From the sequence record MZ475893.1: DNA of 64,000 bases; one strand, 5' to 3'. The notes under the pieces are model-generated. The model saw only the letters and a program-made list of their open reading frames with translations, was not told the DNA's origin and did no database searches. Positions within the stretch are counted from its first letter, which is position 1; every line of letters starts with the position of its first letter. Of this stretch, positions 44,598 through 54,398 are shown one piece after another. The translations under genes were made by a program, and so were the position numbers.

Positions 44598-45266
44598 ATG
44601 TCTGAGAAAACTAGCGGTATCGCTAAAGCACCTAAATCTCGCAACGGTGCAATGATCTCCCAAACGTATGCAGGTGCAGAAGTTGGTTCTGCCCGTGCGC
44701 CTGGTATCAGCACTGCTGGCTCTATCATCAATCGCATCAACAATCTGTCCAATGAAGCGTATTCTTTACGCGACACTCTGCGTCAGATTGGTGTTATCGA
44801 AGAAGTGCCCGCTAAAGGTTCTGCAGGTGAAGCTAAAGCTGCCGCGCCTTCTATGCTGCTGGACGTTATCAAAACCGAGCTGGGCGACGTTGTGCGCTTC
44901 ACGCAGAACGTGGTGAACGAAGCCGTCCATGGTGCTGATTGCGGTCACGAAGACAAAGACTGTTCCGGCGATGAAGAAGATAAAGAGAACGAAGGCTCTA
45001 TCCTCTCTACCGAATATGGCCGCACTATCTTCTACGCCGTTGGTCGCACTACTGATCGTCTGAGCGATATTCGTCGTCAGGTGGAAACCATCGACCGCAC
45101 GTTCTTTGGCGATAAGCCGAATGACAACATTAGCCGTGTGCAGAACAGCTCCGAATCTGTTGTTGCTTCGGTTAGCGTCCTGATTGACAACCTCGATGAC
45201 ACCATCGTCGCTATCCAGCGCCTGAACGGTGATCTGCGTGCTAACATTCTGGGTGAGAACGTTTAA
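44598..45266 (+). CDS. hypothetical helical protein
   Basis: 222 aa, AAGGA RBS, strong codon bias. Confidence 0.75.
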   Translation: MSEKTSGIAKAPKSRNGAMISQTYAGAEVGSARAPGISTAGSIINRINNLSNEAYSLRDTLRQIGVIEEVPAKGSAGEAKAAAPSMLLDVIKTELGDVVRFTQNVVNEAVHGADCGHEDKDCSGDEEDKENEGSILSTEYGRTIFYAVGRTTDRLSDIRRQVETIDRTFFGDKPNDNISRVQNSSESVVASVSVLIDNLDDTIVAIQRLNGDLRANILGENV

Positions 45267-45268
45267 TC

Positions 45269-46186
45269 ATGATTGATTGGTCACAAGTAAACGTGAAGTG
45301 GGAAGAGGGCACTAACGGTGTTCACGTTCCCTATGTACTTGAGCGCGGCCCTAAAGGTCGTTTCGTAAAACGCTACCTGACTGACGCTGAGCAGAACGAA
45401 TACAAACGTTCACATCATAGTGCAAGCGTATCAGCCGCATCCGATCCAGTTAATCTGAGCGCAGGTGAGTCTGGTCCTGTGGGTCCTGGTCCTTGTCCGC
45501 AGGGTCCTGCTAATGCATACGACCCAGCCCCTGAGCCTCTGTACGAAAGCGATGTTGATCTGGGTGCTGCTACACGTCTGGCCCGTCGTAGCACAACGCT
45601 GTTGCTGTCTGTGCAACGTCTGTCTGCTGCGCTGTATGACTTCGGTCTGATCTACGATAACTCGTTTGCAGAGATTATCAACCGCGCTAAATCGCTTAAC
45701 CAAAATCAGGAAGCGGACTCAAGTTCGCCTACTCAGGCTGATTACAACGACACTGATTCTAACTTCCTGCGTCTGGCTGGCCTGTTAAATCACTCGTGGT
45801 ATATGGATCGCGGCGCTTCTCCTGCGCGTGTTATCGGTAACTATGCTGCACCAACTCTGGTGACGTTGCAGTATCTGCTGGGTCTGGCGCTGCCTGATTC
45901 TGATTGCTGCATCCGTGCTTCTCACGACGAGCTGATGTTCCGTACCGATGCACAGCAAGTCCCTGCGCTGGCTAACGATCTGCTGAACGAATATAACCAC
46001 ATTCAGTCATGCATCACTGCGCTGTGTCAGAACCTGGCGGGCCATGATATTCCACAGTCTGGCGGCGACATGCAGTACCCACAGAATGCGTCTATCATCG
46101 AATACGTCAGCGGCGTTGATGATCTGATTAGCTATCTGGTTGAACGTGTTGATGCCCTGTCTGAGATTATCGAAGGCACGATGTAA
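45269..46186 (+). CDS. hypothetical helical protein
   Basis: 305 aa, last + strand gene before strand switch. Confidence 0.75.
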   Translation: MIDWSQVNVKWEEGTNGVHVPYVLERGPKGRFVKRYLTDAEQNEYKRSHHSASVSAASDPVNLSAGESGPVGPGPCPQGPANAYDPAPEPLYESDVDLGAATRLARRSTTLLLSVQRLSAALYDFGLIYDNSFAEIINRAKSLNQNQEADSSSPTQADYNDTDSNFLRLAGLLNHSWYMDRGASPARVIGNYAAPTLVTLQYLLGLALPDSDCCIRASHDELMFRTDAQQVPALANDLLNEYNHIQSCITALCQNLAGHDIPQSGGDMQYPQNASIIEYVSGVDDLISYLVERVDALSEIIEGTM

Positions 46187-46203
46187 CAACAGTTTGGACA
46201 AAT

Positions 46204-46242
46204 AAAAAGGGCGACTCTCAATCACGAGGGCCGCCCTTTTTC
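46204..46242. terminator. bidirectional intrinsic terminator at convergent strand switch
   Basis: AAAAAGGGCGACTCTC-AATCAC-GAGGGCCGCCCTTTTTT; A-tract and T-tract flank the stem. Confidence 0.85.
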
Positions 46243-46244
46243 GA

Positions 46245-46712
46245 TCATAACGCCAATCCAATCCCTATCGCTGCAACAATACGCGTAAACCAAATCTGCA
46301 TGTTGGCAGACTTCTGGTCTTCTATACGCGCCTTCCTTTCTGCTGCTAAGTCTTCGGAATAACCGTTAGCACGCACCTCTTCGGCCTGTGCAAGTCTCAG
46401 CAACTTGTTGCGCTCATCAATTGTCAGGTTAAGAGTCTCAAGCAGCTTGTTACGCTCCTCAGTTCTATCCTTACCTGCCTTGTACAGATTTATTAGATCA
46501 ACCATCCCTTTCTTGTCCAGCGTTGCCAGCTTCTGATCGTCAACTTGCTTGAGCACAATCTGAGGCTTGGCAGGAACCTTTTCTGATTCCCACTGGACTT
46601 TGTTGATCTGCTGAACATCCTGCATGGTAGTCTTTTTCTGAGCATCAATGTTACTCAGATTGGACGAACATCCGCACAGAATAAGGCACAACAGCACAAT
46701 GATAGTTTTCAT
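46245..46712 (-). CDS. lipoprotein, o-spanin-like
   Basis: MKTIIVLLCLILCGC lipobox; coiled-coil body. Confidence 0.6.
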   Translation of the reverse strand: MKTIIVLLCLILCGCSSNLSNIDAQKKTTMQDVQQINKVQWESEKVPAKPQIVLKQVDDQKLATLDKKGMVDLINLYKAGKDRTEERNKLLETLNLTIDERNKLLRLAQAEEVRANGYSEDLAAERKARIEDQKSANMQIWFTRIVAAIGIGLAL

Positions 46713-47014
46713 AGCTTGTTGTATTTCTCCGCCAGATCATCCATAGAATCGTTTTCAGATGCGGGCTTAGGGTCAGTCTCAGGCTTCCGTTCGTTCAAGC
46801 CTGCCACAGCATCGTTGACAGTCTTGCTGTCTTGGACCTGATTGGCGATAGCTTGTTCTCGCGTATTCTCTGCGGCTTTCTCTTCACCTGACGTGATTGA
46901 TTCACTTGCTTTCGGACGACGAAAGAAAAGTGCAGCAACAATCAACACGACTACTGAGGCGAAAATCTTCCAGTACTTCTTAAAAATTTCAATAGCCTTC
47001 GACATACCAATCAC
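46709..47014 (-). CDS. N-terminally anchored membrane protein, i-spanin-like
   Basis: KKYWKIFASVVVLIVAALFF TM then hydrophilic periplasmic-type domain; stop overlaps lipoprotein start. Confidence 0.5.
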   Translation of the reverse strand: MIGMSKAIEIFKKYWKIFASVVVLIVAALFFRRPKASESITSGEEKAAENTREQAIANQVQDSKTVNDAVAGLNERKPETDPKPASENDSMDDLAEKYNKL

Positions 47015-47335
47015 CTATTGGTTGTTATCGTTCTGATCAGTGTTCTGACCGTCAGCATCTTCTTTCTTTGACTTGGAGATTTGAGTGTTAATCAAGTTCT
47101 CTACCGTAAAAGCAAGAGAGAAATAGGTAAGATGATCTGTTTGGCCACTGCGAATCAAACTAATCATCATGCCTGTAGAGACGCATAGTGCCGCGATACT
47201 TGCGACAGGATTGAGCGTCCAGTACTCTTTCCATCCCAAGTGTTCGCGTCGCGTCTTAACGATATAGTTCATCAACACTCCGCCAATGTATGTGCAGGTG
47301 AAGGCGAAAATATCGGTATACGACAAATGCTCCAT
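47015..47335 (-). CDS. small multi-TM protein, holin-like
   Basis: 106 aa, 2-3 hydrophobic segments, charged C-terminal tail, directly upstream of spanin-like pair. Confidence 0.45.
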   Translation of the reverse strand: MEHLSYTDIFAFTCTYIGGVLMNYIVKTRREHLGWKEYWTLNPVASIAALCVSTGMMISLIRSGQTDHLTYFSLAFTVENLINTQISKSKKEDADGQNTDQNDNNQ

Positions 47336-47356
47336 TGATCAATACTCCGTATCGAC

Positions 47357-47385
47357 AAAAGAAAAGGGAAGCCGAAGCCTCCCTC
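47357..47385 (-). terminator. intrinsic terminator
   Basis: Minus strand GAGGGAGGC-TTCG-GCTTCCCTTTTCTTTT. Confidence 0.85.
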
Positions 47386-47390
47386 ATGTA

Positions 47391-47630
47391 TCACAGCTGA
47401 TCAGCGGTAATCTGACCTGCTTGATATAGTTCACGTTTGCGTTCTTTCCATGTAGATGATACTTCTGAGAAGAACTCTTTCAGACGGTCGTCATCTAGCT
47501 CGAACGGCTGATCAACGCCATACTTTGTACATAAGGCATTGAACGTGGATTGGTATTCAGATTGCAGTAAGGACTTACCAACACTAACTGACGTATATTC
47601 CTTAGCTGCCAAAGCAACTCGAATTTGCAT
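47391..47630 (-). CDS. small hypothetical protein, own transcription unit
   Basis: 79 aa, GAGGAG RBS, TAATTT upstream and terminator downstream. Confidence 0.7.
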   Translation of the reverse strand: MQIRVALAAKEYTSVSVGKSLLQSEYQSTFNALCTKYGVDQPFELDDDRLKEFFSEVSSTWKERKRELYQAGQITADQL

Positions 47631-47657
47631 AACAGGCTCCTCGTATTAGACTCTAGT

Positions 47658-47663
47658 AAATTA
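47658..47663 (-). promoter_or_regulatory. TAATTT motif
   Basis: 27 nt before ATG 47630. Confidence 0.5.
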
Positions 47664-47665
47664 GC

Positions 47666-48271
47666 TTACTTGAAAGTAATAACGAGGTCGTTGATTACTG
47701 TGGCTTTCGATTGATCGTTGCCTGTTGTAGCGTTGGCGTAGACCTTACCACCAGCAATGCGTAGTTCTGCACTGCTGTTCTCGTTGCCCACTGAACCTAC
47801 TGCAAGGAAGTCACAGTAGTATGAAGAGGTAGGCAGACCTGTTGTCAGATTCAACGCTAACCCACCACCAGCAACAAGAGCAAACCACGTAGGCGTTGCG
47901 TCCTTCGTGATATAGTTATTGCGGGTATCGGTGTTAGCAGCAACCAGTTTGGTGTTCATGGCCGCACCGAGAGTAATCGGTACGTTACTTGCCATAAGCG
48001 TTATGCTAGGCTTTAAGCCACCAACGCCACCAACGTAGTCTGCATTGCGTGCAGTCAGGAACGAAGTCAGGTTCTGATAACATGCGTTCACTCCTGAGTG
48101 CTGCGTAGCTCCGTTCAGGAAAGCATTCATCTCAGCTTTGGTTGGCTGAGTGCCTGTGAACAACAACACGGCCACGTTCATCGAAGCATAGGCAGCAGGC
48201 ACAGAGCCTGACACGTATGTTGAGATCGCGTTGCGTTGCATTGCGTTTGCTGTAGCTGGTAACATTCTCAT
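47666..48271 (-). CDS. virion fibre-like paralogue, short class
   Basis: LLFTGTQPT, ATPTWF, GSVGNENSSAELRIAGG. Confidence 0.65.
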   Translation of the reverse strand: MRMLPATANAMQRNAISTYVSGSVPAAYASMNVAVLLFTGTQPTKAEMNAFLNGATQHSGVNACYQNLTSFLTARNADYVGGVGGLKPSITLMASNVPITLGAAMNTKLVAANTDTRNNYITKDATPTWFALVAGGGLALNLTTGLPTSSYYCDFLAVGSVGNENSSAELRIAGGKVYANATTGNDQSKATVINDLVITFK

Positions 48272-49173
48272 TACACACTCTCCAGGAAGTTATCAGCGAT
48301 GCGGAACGACAGGTCAGGCACGGCCTGCTGTGTGAACTTACCGATGTTAGGCACACCCAGCGTCATATCAGTAGGCACGTCAAGCACCAGACCATAATAG
48401 TCGTCTGCAACGTTACCCAGATAGTTGTTCGCGCCAGAAGGCATAGCAAGCAGCAACGGAACCAACACAACGTGAGTGAGAGCAGCGCTAACGTACTCAC
48501 TGGACCGTTCTGCATACAGCGTGAATGACTGATAAGCTGTAGTTGCTGTCTTGCATGTGATGCGAATACGACGAGCAGTAATGTCCAGACCATCGTTCAT
48601 GCCTTGTGACAGGCCTGTGATTGACGTCCACACGTTGTTGCTGTCCAGATAGCTAATGTCGAACCAGCCACTGCTTGGAAGCTGTGCAGAGTTAATCATC
48701 ATACCACGGATATGCAACGAGCGACCGTAATCGTACTCAACCACATCGCCTAGCGCCCATGAAGGAGAAACAGGACTAGTGAAGTCGAATGCGGCAGAGA
48801 GCTGTGAGCACACTTGCTGTGGTGTGTTGTTAGTACCAATAGCAGGCGTGAGACGCGAATACTCAGGGTAAGTAGCAAACGTATCAACAGACGCACCAGC
48901 AATGAACTGAGTGCGCTTCTGCCCGTAACCGCCGATAGGAAGCATTGAACGACCACGACTGAACTGGCGCGTCAACAGACCATTAGCTTCTGTGCCTTGA
49001 GACTGGAACTTATATTCCACAGCACAACGTGAGCTTGCAATCAAGTCCATGAGTGTGCGTGGAATGGATGCGCTACTACCGTTACGGAAGAAAGCAGCAA
49101 ACCCGCTAGAGTTAGCGGCCGTGCCTACTGTCTGTAGGAACTGGTATAGCGCAACTTTTTCAGAGACTAACAT
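48271..49173 (-). CDS. virion fibre-like paralogue, long class
   Basis: VEYDYG...ARRIRIT insert; ends VPDLSFRI. Confidence 0.65.
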   Translation of the reverse strand: MLVSEKVALYQFLQTVGTAANSSGFAAFFRNGSSASIPRTLMDLIASSRCAVEYKFQSQGTEANGLLTRQFSRGRSMLPIGGYGQKRTQFIAGASVDTFATYPEYSRLTPAIGTNNTPQQVCSQLSAAFDFTSPVSPSWALGDVVEYDYGRSLHIRGMMINSAQLPSSGWFDISYLDSNNVWTSITGLSQGMNDGLDITARRIRITCKTATTAYQSFTLYAERSSEYVSAALTHVVLVPLLLAMPSGANNYLGNVADDYYGLVLDVPTDMTLGVPNIGKFTQQAVPDLSFRIADNFLESV

Positions 49174-49182
49174 CGTGCCTCC

Positions 49183-49713
49183 TTAGAGCTTGATGCGGAT
49201 GTCAGATGGGCGCACGGCAACGTTAGCAGTTACGGTACCGCCAACGATTTTAAGATCCGCTGTGGAGTTCTCATCGCCGACAGTTCCCCAGACCAACGCA
49301 CTGCACGTAGTAGATGCAGACCAGTTTGCAAACGCAGATCCCGCTGAGGCCGCTGCGCACAAACGCATCATGAACCAAGTAGGTGTACCTGACGTGGCAA
49401 TCACAAAGTTGTTAGCCTGAGAACTGAGAGGAATAACAAGCGACAACGCATCTGGGTCGATAGTCGGTACGATGGACAAACACGCTAAGTCACCGAGAAA
49501 GTTTGACGCTGTAGCGAAAGGTGCAACCGCAGCAGCCGTCCACGTAGGCAGCTGGCTGGAGCCCAACAGAGCAAGGACCTGATCGTCTGTAGGCATAGTT
49601 CCGTTGAACAGACCTACATGCAGCACGTTATCCAACATAGTTGAGTTAGGAACAAAACGCAGCAGCAGGTTGACCAAACTCTGGTTACTATTAAAAGAAG
49701 CAGATACACGCAT
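49183..49713 (-). CDS. virion fibre-like paralogue, short class
   Basis: GLFNGTMPT, GTPTWF, GTVGDENSTADLKIVGG; start at ATG 49713 with GGAG RBS. Confidence 0.65.
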   Translation of the reverse strand: MRVSASFNSNQSLVNLLLRFVPNSTMLDNVLHVGLFNGTMPTDDQVLALLGSSQLPTWTAAAVAPFATASNFLGDLACLSIVPTIDPDALSLVIPLSSQANNFVIATSGTPTWFMMRLCAAASAGSAFANWSASTTCSALVWGTVGDENSTADLKIVGGTVTANVAVRPSDIRIKL

Positions 49714-50777
49714 TAGTAGTTCTCCAGAGTTACAGGACGCAGGTTGATAACAAGACTCGGGCACAGTTGCTCTTGTGCAGGAATCACAGTAGCGTCAGGC
49801 ATAAGAATGTCGTTTGATGCAGAGACTTTCAGATCGTCTGTCACGCTAAGACCAAAGTGGTTGAAGACGCGTCCGTAGTTATACCCAGACTGGTTCGACA
49901 CCGCAGGGATAGCGTTGAATGACGTGGCAAAAGCAAACAAGCATCCCACCATGTGACCGATTTTACTCAGGGTACGCGGTGAAGTGCCTGAAACGTAGTC
50001 GCCATAGAAGTGCAGCGCGAACTGACCAAAGCCAGTAGGCCACTGCGTCACAGCGTTAGCAGCTTTAGTAACCAGACGGAAACGACGGCCAGTAACAGTT
50101 GAAGGCAACTGGAAGTATTTCTCCGAGGCTGCGCTGGCGTTGAACAGGTTAGCTGTTACGCTAGTAACGTCAGTCCAGCTACTGCCATTCTGCACCTGCA
50201 GGAAGACCATATACGCAGCAGATGATACCAAGACGTTGTTGCTGCCTGTGGCGAACGTCAATGACGCCAGAGAGTTGATAGCAACATCAGCACCAAAGTC
50301 GTACTCAGCAATCGTCCACGAACCATCAGTGTTCTGCACACGAGGTTGAGGCATAGAAGCTGTAGCATTCGCGGGGAATGGTAGAAGGTTAGCAACCGTA
50401 GTTGATGCACAGCGGTGAGCCAGAATCGTGAAGAAGATATGATCTAACTGTAGAGCAACGTTGGTCAATGAGTTCTGCGACAGCACGTTCGCGTAGTCTG
50501 CGCTGTACGTAGGCAGATTCACTTTAGGCAGCACGCGTTTGCCACGATAGCCTTGCACAGTAGTCCACGCAGGCGCAGGAGATACCTGGTATGCCGTTAC
50601 TGCGTTAGGAGTAGCTGTGAACTGACCGCCACTTGGTGCCGCTGTAAAAGAACGCGCAGACACCATGTTGTTCAGCACAGTTTGTAGATCATAGTTCAAG
50701 GGGTCAGGCATAACCCCCTCAAGGAATGCGCCGTAGATTTGCTGCGTGGTACTCGAATTAAATGGAGCGAGTTTCAT
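49713..50777 (-). CDS. virion fibre-like paralogue, long class
   Basis: AEYDFGA...TGRRFRLV; ends CPSLVINL. Confidence 0.65.
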   Translation of the reverse strand: MKLAPFNSSTTQQIYGAFLEGVMPDPLNYDLQTVLNNMVSARSFTAAPSGGQFTATPNAVTAYQVSPAPAWTTVQGYRGKRVLPKVNLPTYSADYANVLSQNSLTNVALQLDHIFFTILAHRCASTTVANLLPFPANATASMPQPRVQNTDGSWTIAEYDFGADVAINSLASLTFATGSNNVLVSSAAYMVFLQVQNGSSWTDVTSVTANLFNASAASEKYFQLPSTVTGRRFRLVTKAANAVTQWPTGFGQFALHFYGDYVSGTSPRTLSKIGHMVGCLFAFATSFNAIPAVSNQSGYNYGRVFNHFGLSVTDDLKVSASNDILMPDATVIPAQEQLCPSLVINLRPVTLENY

Positions 50778-50804
50778 ATTATGCCCTTGTGTTGAAGACA
50801 CATC

Positions 50805-50810
50805 AAATTA
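50805..50810 (-). promoter_or_regulatory. TAATTT motif
   Basis: Intergenic, 27 nt before ATG 50777. Confidence 0.5.
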
Positions 50811-50843
50811 ATGAGTGCGGCACATATAGCACCGCACGCAATC

Positions 50844-51374
50844 TTATACCTGGAACGACAGATCGAGGAAGCGATAAGCCTGACTGGTCTTAATCGTACC
50901 GCCGATGAACTGGAGCTCTGCATCAGACCCTTCTGCACCAACCGTCCCGATAAGCACAGGACCTGCAAGCAGCGTACCTGGAGAGGACGTCAGCATGAAG
51001 TTAGCCCACGAAGCCACAGCAGCCGCACCAGCAGCGGCAACTATACGCGCTACGAAGTAGGTAGGTGTACCATCAGCCACGCCAACAAGTGTACGACTAC
51101 TACCAGCAAGAGGCAGAGAGATTGTACGCGATGAAGGGTTGACAGAAGGTGTAAGGTTATCAATGGCGATAGAGCCAAGGAAGTTAGCCTGACTCAAACC
51201 TAAACCTGTAATACCCAGCACGTTCCAGCCTGATGTAAGAGACATAGCCATGAGATTTTTCATCTGGGGCTTAGTGCCTTTGAACAGTCCAATATGCAAC
51301 GTGTTCGCTGCGAGTGCATTAGCGGGAAACACTGAGTTCAGTTGAGCCAAAGAAAGGCCTCGGTTACTAATCAT
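50844..51374 (-). CDS. virion fibre-like paralogue, short class
   Basis: GLFKGTKP, GTPTYF, GTVGAEGSDAELQFIGG. Confidence 0.65.
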   Translation of the reverse strand: MISNRGLSLAQLNSVFPANALAANTLHIGLFKGTKPQMKNLMAMSLTSGWNVLGITGLGLSQANFLGSIAIDNLTPSVNPSSRTISLPLAGSSRTLVGVADGTPTYFVARIVAAAGAAAVASWANFMLTSSPGTLLAGPVLIGTVGAEGSDAELQFIGGTIKTSQAYRFLDLSFQV

Positions 51375-52447
51375 ACACCTCTCCCTACGATTGCATCAGC
51401 ACGAACTTTGAAAGCAGGCACAGGCACGTCCGTAAACTTATCCAGCGTGTAAGTTGCGTCACGCATGTAGATGTCCGAAGTCGCAGCTTTCGTCAGGTCA
51501 TCTGTGATAGTCACGTGGAACATCGAGCAGTAACGACCCAGCACCGTAGTAATAGCAGCAGGGTAGTTGAAAGCCCACTCAGTGTTGGTGCTGTACGTTG
51601 CAGCAGGAATTACATGCAGCATAGTCATGTGCTTGTACTTGCCTAATGTACGTGGCTTGGTAGTGGTATAGTTGCCAAAGAAATGCAAGCCAAACGGGTA
51701 ATGACCAACAGTAGACCACGGGAAGGTCGGGTTCTTATTCACGAGGCGGAACTTCTGCGCTTTAACAGAAGCAGGCAACACGTAATGATTAGAGCCGTAG
51801 TTAGTGGACACGCGGATAGTTGCGTAAAAGTCTACTGCATCCGTCCACACGCCATCAACTTGTGCCTGCAAAATAGTTTGCTGGGTATTCGTTATCATGT
51901 ACAGGCTAGCGGTAGAGCCGCATGTTGTACCGAGGATGCTCTTGAGTTCAATCTCTGCACCGAAGTCGTATTCAGCACACAACCACCAGCCTTCCGCAGT
52001 CGTGTTATAGATAGTGCTTAACGTACGGTTACCAGAGGTAGAGAATGCGACAATCGAATCAAAGTGATGCGCAATCATCGCAGCAGCCACAGCTTCGTTG
52101 TAATACTGAGCCTGAGTAGAGAAGCGCTGATCGATAGGTGCGAAACGAACTTTAGGCACAATACGCTTAGCACCTGCAGGCACGGTAATAGCTGAGTTAC
52201 GTGGAACGGTTTCGATCCAAGAAGGAACAAAGTTATTGCCGCTAAACGTTGTACTGCTAATGCTCGGCGTAAACTGAGAAGCGATTGGCGATCCAATGCG
52301 AGCCATGTTAAACAGACGCATAGCAACAGCTTCATTGAATGCGCTGTGAATCCCTTTCTCGCCATCGGCAGGTGCGTCAGTATCGTAGAGCAGACCAAAA
52401 TACTGAGCGTTACCTGACAGCAAAGGGTTGTACGGTAGAATCTCCAT
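51371..52447 (-). CDS. virion fibre-like paralogue, long class
   Basis: AEYDFGA...KAQKFRLV; close paralogue of 49713-50777. Confidence 0.65.
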   Translation of the reverse strand: MEILPYNPLLSGNAQYFGLLYDTDAPADGEKGIHSAFNEAVAMRLFNMARIGSPIASQFTPSISSTTFSGNNFVPSWIETVPRNSAITVPAGAKRIVPKVRFAPIDQRFSTQAQYYNEAVAAAMIAHHFDSIVAFSTSGNRTLSTIYNTTAEGWWLCAEYDFGAEIELKSILGTTCGSTASLYMITNTQQTILQAQVDGVWTDAVDFYATIRVSTNYGSNHYVLPASVKAQKFRLVNKNPTFPWSTVGHYPFGLHFFGNYTTTKPRTLGKYKHMTMLHVIPAATYSTNTEWAFNYPAAITTVLGRYCSMFHVTITDDLTKAATSDIYMRDATYTLDKFTDVPVPAFKVRADAIVGRGV

Positions 52448-52454
52448 AATGTCC

Positions 52455-53036
52455 TCAGCTAAAAGTTATGTTATTGAGAACGATAGGACCGCTCAGTGTG
52501 TAGGTACCATCACCGTTATCAGTCAGCGTCGCACCCATCTGAGTCAGGTCAGCAGACGTAAGCTCAATAACGGAGGGTATCGCAGTTGTTGTACCGATGG
52601 CAGCAACGCCACTGAGGAACAAATACATGCGATTGAACGGTTGCGTGTATGTGATGCGACCCAAGTTCTGAATCAGAATATCCAACATACGAGTACCATC
52701 ACCCTGATTGATGATACGCACAGCGTTAGAACTGGAATTCACGACCGCACTCATCGTACAGTTGATGCCAGCAGCATTCAGCGCTGTGCTCAGAGCATTG
52801 ATCGTGATGTTCGACGCATACAGCGTATTCCAAATAGAGTCTGGAATGGTGTCGCCTGTAGAGAACAGAATAGCTGCTCCTACTTCGGTACTGTACGGAG
52901 CACCGCCACCTTGCACAGCAACAGCGTTATATGGGGTCACTAGTGCTGGCACCCAAGGCGCATCCACTGGAGAACTTGAGTTGTTAGAACTCAGAGCATC
53001 ACCACGCATGTTCATCATGGCTTTAGAAATATACAT
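52455..53036 (-). CDS. virion fibre-like paralogue, short class (divergent)
   Basis: AILFSTGDTIP; S/T/N/G-rich; same alternating position. Confidence 0.55.
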   Translation of the reverse strand: MYISKAMMNMRGDALSSNNSSSPVDAPWVPALVTPYNAVAVQGGGAPYSTEVGAAILFSTGDTIPDSIWNTLYASNITINALSTALNAAGINCTMSAVVNSSSNAVRIINQGDGTRMLDILIQNLGRITYTQPFNRMYLFLSGVAAIGTTTAIPSVIELTSADLTQMGATLTDNGDGTYTLSGPIVLNNITFS

Positions 53037-53938
53037 CAGCTACTCCTTGTGGTGAAGCGCAGCTTAGGACAATACATGATTGTCTTCTGGTTAGGAATAA
53101 CGTCACCCACGATCTTGAACGGACCTGACGTACCGCACGCACCAGCCGCAAACATAATGTCATCAGAGTAGTCAATGCTACCGTGAGTGAACGTATTGCA
53201 GTGAGTAAACGCAGCCCAAGTAGGAGCAGTTGCAGCAGCGCTTGGTGCAGCGTCTACAGAACTCAACAGGATGCGAGGCATGGACGCAGTGGTGCCTGAG
53301 TATTTAAAGCGATAGCGCTTAGCCGCACGTGGTGTAGACAGAGCAAGACAAGTAGCCTCACCTGCAACAGCCGCAGCACTGCCCAACGTGTATTCAGTCG
53401 CACCATCATCAGATAGAGCCACCAGCGTAAAGCCATCGGAAACAGTGCCGAGGAATTTGATGTGCGTTACAGTAACCGCAGTGTCAAACTCAATGTCCGT
53501 ATTGCTTGAGGCGAAACGGGAATACACGGACGCTACAGACCCAACGCCAAGAGGCAGCGTGATGTTTCTGTCAGTGAATCCGCTACGCGTAATGCGATTA
53601 GGCAGAAGCTGATTAACAGCGAGCGCAGCAGTACCCACAGTACCGTAATACGAAACACCTTTAGGTATGTACTGCGACTGTAGGGCAAGCGCAATGACGT
53701 TACCGTTCTCTGTTCCTGTCACAGGGTTACGCACGATACCAATCGCTTGGTTGTACATGTCCGCAAGTGACTTCTGGTTGAAAGCAGCAGCGAAGCCCGC
53801 ATCAGATGTAGGCAGCTTACCGCTAAATGCAAAGATATTCCAGCCGGCGCCTACGTTCGGGTCATTCAGGACACCAGCTACGTTTGAGGCCGACCCAACA
53901 ACTGCTTGGGCCATTTGGCGAGTATTGATGATTTTCAT
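53036..53938 (-). CDS. virion fibre-like paralogue, long class
   Basis: IFAFSGKLPT, DIEFD...AKRYRFK, APTWAAF, ends CPKLRF. Confidence 0.65.
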   Translation of the reverse strand: MKIINTRQMAQAVVGSASNVAGVLNDPNVGAGWNIFAFSGKLPTSDAGFAAAFNQKSLADMYNQAIGIVRNPVTGTENGNVIALALQSQYIPKGVSYYGTVGTAALAVNQLLPNRITRSGFTDRNITLPLGVGSVASVYSRFASSNTDIEFDTAVTVTHIKFLGTVSDGFTLVALSDDGATEYTLGSAAAVAGEATCLALSTPRAAKRYRFKYSGTTASMPRILLSSVDAAPSAAATAPTWAAFTHCNTFTHGSIDYSDDIMFAAGACGTSGPFKIVGDVIPNQKTIMYCPKLRFTTRSS

Positions 53939-54396
53939 TATCCCACCACCGGTGCAACAGGTTTGTTGGTAACTTTCGTATCGGACAGATCAAGATTGCC
54001 TGTCTGCACACGAAACACGATGTTATCAAACAGCACGTCCAGTGTTGCTGTTGTGGCGAACTGGCCACACACCACAGGCGCGTACTGCACAGGCGCTGGT
54101 GGGTTTGAGTTGAACGACTCAGGCATAAACTTAGACTGAGACTGTGTAGCCAGCACAGGTTTAAGCGTCAGAGTATCAACAGCCGCAGTGCGCTTGCGCT
54201 GAATGAGCGACCACACATTCGCACCAAGCGTTAACGAAATGGCGGTAGCGCTAGTACGCGTCAGACTAATAGCCGACTGGTTTTCGTTGTCGTACTTACG
54301 GTTAGGCTGAGAGGAGCTGCTAATCTCTTGCTGTGAAAGCACGAACGTAAAGTCCGCAAACATATCTGGGTCGTATGTGACGACAGGAATAAACAT
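53938..54396 (-). CDS. virion-associated protein
   Basis: N-terminus MFIPVVTY resembles MHIPVVSY of 56461-57108. Confidence 0.6.
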   Translation of the reverse strand: MFIPVVTYDPDMFADFTFVLSQQEISSSSQPNRKYDNENQSAISLTRTSATAISLTLGANVWSLIQRKRTAAVDTLTLKPVLATQSQSKFMPESFNSNPPAPVQYAPVVCGQFATTATLDVLFDNIVFRVQTGNLDLSDTKVTNKPVAPVVG

Positions 54397-54398
54397 CG

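Noticed and set aside
507-46000. Numerous 60-180 aa minus-strand and out-of-frame ORFs in the + strand block
   Set aside because: They overlap well-supported, RBS-bearing, tightly packed + strand genes; treated as shadow ORFs.
50811-51134. 107-aa + strand ORF in the fibre array
   Set aside because: Antisense to a conserved short-class paralogue; no recognisable features.
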